Of a stretch of 64,000 bases of DNA, positions 51,586 through 61,700 are shown one piece after another; position 1 is the first letter of the stretch; each line of letters starts with the position of its first letter. Position numbers and translations under genes: made by a program. This DNA comes from Amoebophrya sp. A120 (lineage: Eukaryota; Protista; Dinoflagellata). The DNA lies in the NCBI GenBank assembly GCA_905178155.1, contig CAJINV010000017.1, forward strand, positions 1,170,722-1,234,721, written 5' to 3'. The notes beneath the pieces are model-generated. The model was not told the DNA's origin and searched no databases. It worked only from the letters and a program-made list of their open reading frames with translations.

Positions 51586-54500
51586 ATGGCGGCGGGACGA
51601 AGGCAATTGTCTTCACATCTGTGTCCCCTTGAGGTCCTTTTTGGCAGCGTGGGGCCCCAGCTGCTGTATTCCGCTGGGGCGATTTTTGTGCTGTTTCTTG
51701 CGGACGTGTATGCATTGCAAATCTGTAGTCGAAGATCTAGGTCTTGATGTTGAAGAAGAACAAGAAGTGGACGACGCCGACGAGAAAAGAACTAATTACC
51801 ATTCTCGAGGCTGCTTGTCCTTGGTTTGTTGATATGTTCTTCGACGATTCAGTATGCCACAGCGTCGTAGTACCACGCTACCACCCCTACGGTGCGACAA
51901 GAAGAACGAATTAAAATCGTTGACACATAATTCCAGTTTCTTAAGACCGCGACCTACTTCCGATTTGCCCATTTTATAAGCGAGCGACGGGATCGAGTCA
52001 CGGCTGCAATTGCCCTTCTACCTTCGCCCCAGTGTGTGGGACGGATGGGAAAACCTACTCCCACGCGGATTGTTTGCAGTGCAACTCTATCCACTGCGAA
52101 AGTATCCTCGTAGTCGTACTTTTAATTGCGATATTTTCTTCCCTTGGCAAGTCTCATTTTCATTCTGCCTGTTCTAGCATGACAAATTCTATGTAGTTTC
52201 AACCAGAGAAAATAAATTTGTAATGCGGTCGTAATTTCTACGAGGACGATACTTTTGCAATGCATAAACACCAGTCACGGCGTGAAGCAGGCCTATGTCG
52301 GAATGTGCCTTTCCACTTCGACGCCGAGTGCCTCGTGTGGCTGTCCGACGAAGCACGAGCCCGTTTGTGGCAGCGACGGTAATACTATTCCCTGAAAATT
52401 AACCATCCCCTTCCCCATCTACTTTTTGCGTGAAGACAGAGGACACAGAACTCCCGTACATGTTTTGCATGGCAAATTGGATGGCGATTGTTAATTTTCA
52501 GGGAATAAACACGTATGCCAACGCCGGGTGCATGGCCTGCGCGAAAGCCAGCGATGGAACAAGCAATGTGATGAAAGCCAGTGATGGCCAGTGTCTTTCC
52601 ACTACGGTCTATCCAAAGAAAAAAGTGTTACAGTTACACATTTGTTGGAATTTCAGCATCACAAATTTGCTCTGCATGGCGAAGAAAACTTGTGATGCGC
52701 AGACTATAAGGGAAAACACGAATGGAATGAGGCTGGCACGCGTTTCCTGCATGACAGAGGTTGCCTGTCTTGCTTGCCTTGCATGAGAATGTGTAACTGT
52801 AACACTTTTTTCTCACGATACGGTTACGATCAATGGCGTTGCGTCGGTGAGTTCGTCGTGCAGGTGCAGCTCGGTGTTCGCCCCGATCTGTGGCAGCGAC
52901 GGCACGACGTATGCAAACGAGGGCTGTATTGCCTGCAAGGCGGGATTGTCGAAGGCGCACGATGGAGCATGTGGCGCGTATCGCACCAAAAAGTGTTATA
53001 CGTTTAACGGAAATTATTCGCATGCAGTAAGAAACGCATCAGAAATTAATTGCAGATGCTCCTCGATTTGAATTTGGTTGTATTGGAAAGCATGCATGCG
53101 AGGAAAACAAGAGCTGTCCTGCGTGACAACTGCAATCTTTGAAAATGACCGTTACCTATGAGCACTTTTTTGCTTGATAGCGCGATGGTGATTGGTACCG
53201 CGGCGATCGGGGGAACCGCGTACGGCTGTACGTGCGCCACGGCTTGGAACCCCGTGTGCGGCAGCGACGGCGAGACCTACTCCAACGAAAGTTGCATGGG
53301 CTGCGTGACCGGCGTGAAGAAGGCCTACGCGGGCGAATGCCAGGTCGCCACGACGCCGCCCAGCCAATGCGTTTGCCCGACCGTGGTCGCGCCGGTATGC
53401 GGCAGTGACGGCAAGACGTACTCCAACGAGGCGTGTTGTGGGAGTGTCAGGATTGAAATTGTCAAAGTTGAAATGATTTGTCATGCATAAAATGCGACGC
53501 AGAAATTGGCTCTATTGCAGAGGACGCACGGGAGGCAGATTATAGTCCTGGCATGGGGCAAAAGTTGGACTGCTGACAAGCATGACAGAAGGCAGCTCTT
53601 TTGCCCTAAAGCGCATGACAGACTCGCTTCCAGGACCGGGAAAATTTGTCATGCACCGACTACAAACTGTAGGTCTAACTGGTATCCGTTTTATGCATCG
53701 CAAATCATTTCAACTTTGACGATTTCAATCCTGACAGTTCCATACGTGTATGAGCTGCCGGGCGGGCGCGGGCGTCACCAAGGCCGCGGATGGCGCTTGT
53801 GGCAGTGGCGGTGTTACTCCACCCATGTGCATGTGCAGCTCCCTCCATGCCCCCGTCTGCGGCAGCGACGGCACTACTTACGCGAACGAGGGCTGCATGG
53901 TCTGCTCCTCTGGCTATCAAATGTAAAAATGTCTTGTGCTGGAAGAGTGCGAGGTTTGTCATGCTTGTCTGGCATGACTCTTAAATCTGTCATGCACGTT
54001 ACCCAAGAGTTCCGCTTTTCTGTGATGCAGAGGCGCAGTTTGTCATGCAGAATAGGCAACACCTAGGAGCTCAGAAACTTGTCATGCTGAGCCAGCATCT
54101 GTAGCCTCATCATGAGATGCCACCCAGCATCACAAGTTTCCAGACCCAGACATTTTTACTTTTGATACTGGCGTCACGAAGACGAAAGACGGGCCCTGTG
54201 ATCCACCGACCACGACGCCCGCGCCGGCAACTCCGGGGCCGACGATTCAGGCACAAAAAGAGTATCCGACTGATGCTCCTGCACAAGTAGAGCTATGTCG
54301 TCCCAGTGTATGTGTAGTGCGCGTGGTCGCCCCGGCGTACCACGTGTAAGAAAGATGCCAAAGTTGGCCAGTGGCAGTGCCCGGATGACGAGATAAAACA
54401 ACTACAATAAACAGTAGATGAAAATAAAGAAGTTCTGATGTAGTACAAGTATTTGGGGCTCGCGCCGCAGTGCAGACACAGCGGCGCGGGGATCTGCACA

Positions 54501-57500
54501 TAACAATAGAACAATAGCACTGGAAGCAGCAACTAGATCTCCTGGAAGCAGCTAAATAAAGAAGCTTGGCCGAAGGGGAGGCGCCTTTTATTTGGCGAGG
54601 GGCTTTGGCGGGAAGGGCAGCCGACGCACGAAAAAAACTGCAGTTTCCCTGCCAAGCAGCAAAAGGCAAAGCAGCAAAGTGTGTAAGTACTTCAGCTATC
54701 CGATGCTCGCAAAAGCACGAACAAAAGACAAAGAGAAGAAAAAACCAAAAGAAAACTGGCAGGCGCAAACCGCCAGCAGCAGCCCAAAACTTAGAACGCT
54801 TGGCCCGGCCGGCGCCTGTAGTGCCAGAACGAGAAGCAGGGCCCAGCAATCGAGGCAGAAAATAAGCGCGCGCCCTCCAGGTTGTTCCCGTTGCATTCGG
54901 TGACAGGCGCGCCCCCTATCGGCTGGCGACTAGAAATCCGCCGCAGGTGCGGCCGCCCTCTCTGTTTTCACATCACTGCAGCCACCCCCGCGCTGCTAGG
55001 GCCAGGGTGCTGCTCTTCGGGGTACATGCGTTTCGGCTACCTTTAGCTGCGATTTGTGGAGGTAGGGGTCGCCGGTGGTCGCTTGGTACATACAAACACA
55101 GCTGCAACCCTGTGAACCGCTGCGCACCTGCTGGCGCTAATTGTAAATCGCGCGCGCCGCTGTAGTAGCAGGGCTTCGCCACGCCTGTTGCTTCCCAGTA
55201 GCAGGCACCCCTGCAGCAGCGCGCCTATTTGGTCCAGATCCTTTACCTTTTTTTTACTACTTTCTTTATATGCGAAGCTGATGAATATGAAAGTAGGCAA
55301 CCGCCCCACCTGCCCTCACCGCCTGAACGCGACAGGCATTCCGGTGGTTGTTTCTATGCCTCTCCCAACTCGCGCGAGATTGGTCGCTTTTTTGCTTCCG
55401 TTTTCGAGAGGGTAGACCGGTCACGCGTGCAAGAACAACTACAAAGGCCTGCTTGCAAAGCAGACAAACCACGTAGTGTTCTTGTATGAGTAGAAAGAAA
55501 TGACTTTTGGGTCCCAATTATCTGTAGCCGGTTTTGGGACAAGACCTGTAGAGGTCGACCTCTAGAGGTGGACCTCTAGAGCTCACCCCTACAGGTTTTG
55601 CACCTCTAGAGGTCGCGGCCCTCCTTGGGCTCCAGGTTTTCCCACAGTAGTGTGGGGATTCGAAATAGAAAGGTGAGCGAAAAAAAGGCTACCTCTAGAG
55701 CTTGGGCCCTCCTTTGGCCCAGGTTTGAGCCAGGTCCGCGTCACAGTAGCATTGTGATTCGAAAAAAAACGTCAATGGCCGTCCTTTGAGCCTTCTTGGT
55801 CCCAGGTTTTAGACTATTTGCTGCGAGTACTATAGTTCTTTTGGCTACTAGTAGAACTAGTAGCTGCCACTGCAGCTGCACCACCGCATGTCGAATTCAG
55901 ATGGAGCAACCATGTTCTGCTCCTGCGGTGCAACTGCAATCTGGGATCCATATCTTGCTGTAACCTCAAACTGTCACGCGTGTTAACTAGCTGCGTTTTT
56001 ACATCCAAAAGCAAAATGAAGACCGGAGGAGCTCGCTCTTGTGCACTTTCATAAAAAAGAAACGGATGATAACAAAAATCTCATTATCGGTCTCGCGGTG
56101 ATCGGGGGAACTTTCGGGATGTTGCTGCTGGGAGGCACCTATGATTTGCAAATGTAACGTACTAGTTATAAATTGCAATACGAATACAAATTGGCTCAGC
56201 ATTACTACAAATGGAATTTGTTATGCAAATTTGCCTTATGAACCAGATTTGTAATGCATTAATGCGATTAGTCAGACTAGTACGATACTTTTGCACAGGA
56301 TAGAGCCCTCATCTTCGTCTTGATTAAGTGCAACCAAAAAGAGGCCCCACCACCGCGCTTTTCTCGCGGGTCCGTGCCGGGTGGGCAGGTAAGTAAGCCT
56401 ATACAAGCGTCGCATAAAAACGTCGCACTCATTTCTTCGATCTCGAGCCTGCGATGTCTCGGTTGGATTACCAAAACTTGCTCCTCTATCTCACAATATA
56501 TAAGACTACGCTGCGGCTGCCAGCAGAGCTCTTTCATCATGCAGCACCGCAGGTGACCTACTAGACGCGCGCCTGAGCTGCACCATGGTCGACGCTGTTG
56601 AGGAAGTAAATGCAAATAGTTCTTCTAAAGGAGTGCTCATCGATGCTTTTGTCACATATGTGAAAGACCTTCATCTCCACACCAGTCGCTGCCGATTATA
56701 TCATCATCCCCATATTTACCCATAGGTTTTCATTGAGACCGAGCCGGCCGTCGTCCTTGTGGAGCAACCAGGTCGTCGCTCTGGTTCCCGGATGAATAAA
56801 TCCCGCTCATCGAAAACAAGACGGAGCGGTCGCACCCCTCGACGCAGTCAGGAGGGCTCGGCGGCACACATGGTTCGTGATGGCGCGGAGCAGGATGATT
56901 TTGCAGCACAAGTGGAAAACGACGCGGCTGGTGGTGAAGATGTTCCCCCGAACAAGGCCATTGCAGAGGCCATGGAAGCTGCAGATGCGGCCGAGGAGGC
57001 TGAGGATGTTGACGAAAACCAAAACGCGGCTGCTACTGCTCCGAAGGCCATTGTCGCGGCGGCGGAGGGAGAAGGCGCGGACTACGAAGGAGAGGAACCT
57101 GGAGTCGAGTACGGGGGCCGCGAGGGTGCTGGTTACTACGAAGATGCGGCTTGGTACGGCGAGGACTACGACTACTCCCAAGATTATGACTATCGACCCT
57201 CGTCCGCGCGGAAGGAGAAAAAGAAGAAGAAATCTTCGTCTTATGCAGTTGCAAACGTACTATTGGGAGCCTTTTCGTAGTATGGACACATAGAGGACGC
57301 TGAAGACCTGCTAGCTACACGAACTGTGCTTGGATCATTCTGGTCGTGATACTAAAGTGGCAGAACATCAACATACCTCCGCCGCTACTTCAACTGGCAT
57401 TCCAAAGTAGCAGGCAAAGTGACAGACTTTTCGTGATGATCTTGTGTTGGTTAGGTTCTCTCGCGGAACGGTAGCCGTAAACGAACAATAACTAAACGCA

Positions 57501-57617
57501 TACTGACATAACGTTTGCAACTTCCATGATGCGAAGAAGTACTACGGCGAAGGAGAGACGGGCTACTACGCCGAGGACTACGATTACGACTACGGTTACG
57601 ACGAACAAAACTACTGA
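51586..57617 (+). CDS. Type I membrane protein with six Kazal-like protease-inhibitor domains and an acidic, Tyr-rich cytoplasmic tail
   Basis: Six CxC-x7-CG(S/T)DGxTYx(N/H)xxCxxC...GxC repeats; TM LIIGLAVIGGTFGMLLLGG(T/A)LIFVLI; tail ends YYAEDYDYDYGYDEQNY*. Assembled across 10 TA-type introns and one GT-AG intron (56389-56725), all in frame. Confidence 0.82.
51709..51978. mobile_element. TA-bounded intronic element (degenerate)
   Basis: TATGCATTGCAAATCTGTAGTC...GACCTACTTCCGATTTGCCCATTTTATA; flanks ACGTG/AGCGA; frame restored with plus 5 nt. Confidence 0.65.
52088..52266. mobile_element. TA-bounded intronic element, family F1
   Basis: AACTC|TATCCACTGCGAAAGTATCCTCGTAG...CTACGAGGACGATACTTTTGCAATGCATA|AACAC. 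Confidence 0.9.
52386..52507. mobile_element. TA-bounded intronic element
   Basis: Perfect 18-bp inverted repeat TATTCCCTGAAAATTAAC; flanks AATAC/AACAC; splits the Kazal GSDGNTYAN motif. Confidence 0.92.
52610..52820. mobile_element. TA-bounded intronic element, family F4
   Basis: Inverted repeat TATC...AGAAAAAAGTGTTACAGTTACACATT; flanks CGGTC/CGGTT. Confidence 0.92.
52979..53179. mobile_element. TA-bounded intronic element, family F4
   Basis: GCGCG|TATCGCACCAAAAAGTG...CACTTTTTTGCTTGATA|GCGCG. Confidence 0.9.
53437..53744. mobile_element. TG...TA intronic element, family F3
   Basis: CGTGT|TGTGGGAGTGTCAGGATTGAAATTGTCAAAGTTGAAATGATTTG...CAAATCATTTCAACTTTGACGATTTCAATCCTGACAGTTCCATA|CGTGT; homologous to 13122-13428. 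Confidence 0.92.
53915..54167. mobile_element. TA-bounded intronic element, family F2-like
   Basis: CTGGC|TATCAAATGTAAAAATGTC...CCAGACCCAGACATTTTTACTTTTGATA|CTGGC. Confidence 0.92.
54263..56053. mobile_element. 1.8-kb TA-bounded intronic element with a probable nested GC-rich element
   Basis: Degenerate inverted repeat TAT..TGCACAAGTAGAGCT / AGCTCGCTCTTGTGCACTTTCATA; flanks AAGAG/AAAAA; joins the Kazal stalk to the TM exon in frame (IQAQKEETDDNKNLIIG). Confidence 0.65.
55544..55810. repeat. Degenerate ~90-110 bp tandem repeats with palindromic CTCTAGAG motifs
   Basis: CCTCTAGAG occurs four times; units of GGCCCTCCTT..CCAGGTTT..CACAGTAG..GATTCGAAA repeat 2-3 times. Confidence 0.7.
56140..56302. 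mobile_element. TA-bounded intronic element, family F1, inverted relative to 7809-7958
   Basis: Its reverse complement begins TATCCTGTGCAAAAGTATCGTACT and is colinear internally with 7809-7958; flanks GCACC/GAGCC; interrupts a TM helix. Confidence 0.9.
57242..57528. mobile_element. TA...TG intronic element
   Basis: Inverted repeat TATGCAGTTGCAAACGT / ACGTTTGCAACTTCCATG; removal plus 5 nt adds a Tyr-rich terminal exon matching upstream composition. Confidence 0.72.
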
Positions 57618-58707
57618 AATGCTGTGGTCGGTCGTCGATCAGGTGGTGGTCGGAACGAATTGCAGCCCAAGTGGTCCACGTCGGCGCCGGGCCTCTTGCA
57701 TTGATTATTGTACTTACAACCAAAATGCGCCATCTACCTTGCACCTCATCTAGTACAGTGTGCATTGTTTCTAAAATGAAAGATTAGCGAAAAACGCGAC
57801 ACCATGTCTTTCTGGTTTCACGAATAATTATCACGTGTGTAGCTTCGTCCATGTGAAGTTGAGAAGTCGTGCAGAAAAAACTGTGGCCACGGGTATACCA
57901 GGCGGTACCGAAAAATGACTCGGTAGTCCTCGCACAAAAACGATGCCACATCTGGTGTTCTAGGAGAAGTCAGGACACTTGCTGACTGAGTGCGATTTAC
58001 TACTGAAAAGAAGAGCTCGCAATGGATGTGGAGGTCGGTAATAGTAAAAAGTCACATTGATGAGCCTTTTTCATCACTAGGTGGAAAAGTGAGTGATAAA
58101 AAACAGTGCACCAAATTATTAGTGCTTGCCGCGAGTGAAAAACGTACTAGCTCGAGGACTTCCTGGGGGAATTACAGAGAAAGTTGTTTCAGTATCGAGC
58201 AGTTTTCTCCGAGAGAAGAATTCGACTGAGTGTTACGGTCTGTCCGCTGCGGAGAGGAATGCAATGATACAACGGACTGGTGTCTTGTCCCTCAGCTACT
58301 CACACTTGACGCCCTATGCGAACTATTACTACCCGTACCCGACTAAACAATTGGAAAATTGTTTCCATCTAATCATTCATATTCTTCCTTCCTTATTATA
58401 CTTACTTGCTAGCTTCTGATCCTTCTGCTAGTAGATCTACGTGGTAGTCCTGCTACGCGACGACCCACATTTCTTCTATAAACAGGCGAGCTTTTATTTG
58501 TTGCAAAAGCAAAAAGCTTGTTTGCATCAGTATCAGATTTACCTTTTTTTTATCTAGAAGCCAGCAATTCCAATTCTGCACCCTTTGAAATAATTCTGAC
58601 ATCGTTTGTGCGTACTGTCAACGGTGATGTGAAGCACCGTTGTAATTGCATTTTTGAACAAATATCCAACTACCTTTTGAGACGCCTCAACGCGATAGCA
58701 CGACACC

Positions 58708-61700
58708 ATGTTGTTGATCCCTTATTTTCGGTTTCTGTTCGTCTTCTTGGCGACAGGGTTGTTTTCCACTTGCGTGGAAGCCCAGAAGCAAGCGTACGAC
58801 AAGGGCCGGTCGGCGCTGCGATCGGCGAACCACGAAAAGTTCAAGCGGGTGGTGGTAGCATACGAGAAACCGGGGCTGACACGGGCAGAAATCGAGCAGA
58901 TTCGCACCGAAAATCGCGGGATCAAGGCGATTAAGGTGCTGCCGAAAACCCGGACCATCGTGGCGCTATGCGAGTCCTTCCAGGACCAGGAGAGGGCCAT
59001 CGAGCAGTTTTACGCCTTTGGGGCAGTGAAAGCAGCCATGAAAGACGTGCTGGTGCGGAGTACCGGGGCGAAGGTAGTAAAAATGATATTGATGATGTTA
59101 TTGCGTATATCATATGATTTGTGCAAATGAAACGAGCAGGGGCACACGACTAAAATCTTCGCACGCAGCGCTACCACTTCACATTCACTTTCTCCCTTAT
59201 TTGTGGCAGATTCGATTCCGCCCACCTGTGTCTTGTACGATCATTCGGTAAAACAAAAAAAAAACTACTCACCATCCACTTACAGCGTCTCCGCGGTGTT
59301 GCTCTGGAAGAGAAAACCAAGCGTCTGCTGTACGAGCAGCGGTTTCCCAGCGACCCGTATTTCGACCAGCAGTGGTCACTGCACTCCTCCAACGACCGGG
59401 ATACCGACGCGCCGGAGGGGTGGGGCCTGTACCAGAGCGAAAACAACGGGAATTTCGGCACCGCGGGCGATCCGGTGGTGGTCGCGGTGATCGACACGGG
59501 CATTGATTACACCCACGTTGATTTAGCTACCAGAATGTGGCGGAACCCACGGGAGATCCCGGGGAACGGCATTGACGACGACGGGAACGGGTATGTCGAC
59601 GACATTTATGGGGTTGACATGTTCAACAACGATGGGGATCCCATGGACGACGAGTCTCACGGGACTCATTGCGCCGGTATGAAGAAAATTTTTTGCGTCT
59701 TTGTAGCTATGGTGTGGTTGCTCTTGCGTCTACATTTGGGGCTCTTTCAGTCAACAAACAATTCTTTTTTAGGCAGAAAAAAATTGCTTAAGAAGATAAG
59801 ACGTTCTCAGCACTGCTGAAGCTTAAGAAGAAAGGGGCGTGCACGCTCCGGCCTTCAGTTTGCTCCGCCTTTATCTTTTTGAAATCGCTTTACTATAATC
59901 CTCCTTTTTGCTTGCTTCCTGTTCCCCGGGCCCAACTGGCACCAAGCAGGTTTTTTCTCTCCTAGGGTTAGGCTTAGTTAGGCCGCCACCGCCGCCGGCA
60001 CGGGATGGCTGCCGACGCGACCGTCTCACCTTCGATCCAGCCACCACCCTCATCTGCTGCTCAAGATCGATCCAGAAAGGGTTTAGTTTAGGTTTCAGGG
60101 TTTAGGAAGCAATTTTAGGCAGAAAAAAATTATATGACGTCACTACCTAGTATGACTACGTATCGTTTTTGATCCACCTCGTTCATGTTTTTACACGAGC
60201 ACTCTGCATATGGTGAGAGCATGAAATCCAAATTGCAATTTTTTTTTCAGGTATCATCGGTGCCAAGGCTTCGAACGACCGCGGGATTGCCGGCGTCGCG
60301 GCCTTTGCTTCCAACGTGCAACTCATGGGTATCAAGTTCCTGGATTTTGAGGGCTACGGAACGCTTTCCGACGGGATCCAGGGCATCGAGTACGCGATTA
60401 ACAACGGCGCGAAGATCTCCTCGAATTCCTGGGGTGCCGACTCCGCGGGGTTCGTCGTGTGGATGGCGTTTGCGAACATGCTGGACGCGGCAAAGGAGAC
60501 GGGCCATTTGTTCATCGGCGCGAGCGGCAACAGCGGGTGGGATTTGGACGGTACGAGCAACATTCCCTGCTCTTTGCCGAACGAGAATTTGATTTGCGTC
60601 GCGGCGTCGACTTCCCAGGATACCATGGCGAGCTTCAGCAACTACGGTACCATGCAGGTGGATGTCGCGGCGCCCGGCACGAGCATTCTCTCCACGACGC
60701 CCAACAACAACTACATGTTTTTTTCCGGCACCAGCATGGCGGCGCCCTTCGTCGCCGGGCAGGCCGCCCTGCTGTGGTCGTTTCGCCCGGAACTGACTTT
60801 CGCGCAAGTGAAACGGCTGATCGAGCAGTCGGTGGACAAAAGTGGTGCTTTCAACAGTATTGTTTCCGGGGGACGGATCAACATCGAGAAAATGTTGGTA
60901 CAGGCCAGGGAAGAATTCCAGCAGAAATTTCCGCCGGTTAGCTTGCCAAATTTCTTGGAATTCACGGACACGGACCCCCGGGTGGGCCACATCGCCGGCG
61001 TCGCGAAAGTCCGGTTTGACACCAGTTTACCAAATCTAATTGATGGAAAAGTCGAAGATTTGCACTTCTACTTCTCGAGGACTGACGGAAGCTTGTTCCG
61101 GCCGAAGTTGGACACGACGGCATATAGTGTGAACGCCGCGGACACGTACGAAGCCACTGTCACCTTGTCCCCTTCTCTCGTCCCCAGAGAGGTGACCTCT
61201 TTGATCGCGTTTGCGGCTAATTCCACGGGCGAGAATCCGCAGTCGAGCGCGAACATTCCCTTGCAGGATGTCGGCATTCCGCAGCACATCGCGAAGAATT
61301 TTCGGCTCACCCCGGACTTGCACACGACGGCCGGGAAGGTGTCCTGCGAGGGGCTGTTTGAGGCCGCAGAAACCGAATTTGACATCACGGAGTATCGCTT
61401 GTACCAGTACGAATCTTCTGCCGCAGGACAGCAAGAGAAGGACAAGAAACGGGATTTTGTCACGTCTTTACCGGCGAAAGGGTTTTTCCCGCCGCAGTGT
61501 CAGGGCGACGCGTGTAGTGACATCCGTGTGGAGAAAGTTACGGACACCGACCCGAATGCGCCAGCCGGGAAGACGTTCGGCTACAGGGTGAAGCTACGAC
61601 CAAGCTCCGGTAGTTACGAAGTGGATAAATACGCGACGATCACGGTGGTCGGCCCGGCGGAGATCACGTTTCAGTTTTTGGATGTGGAAGAAGGCTACGA

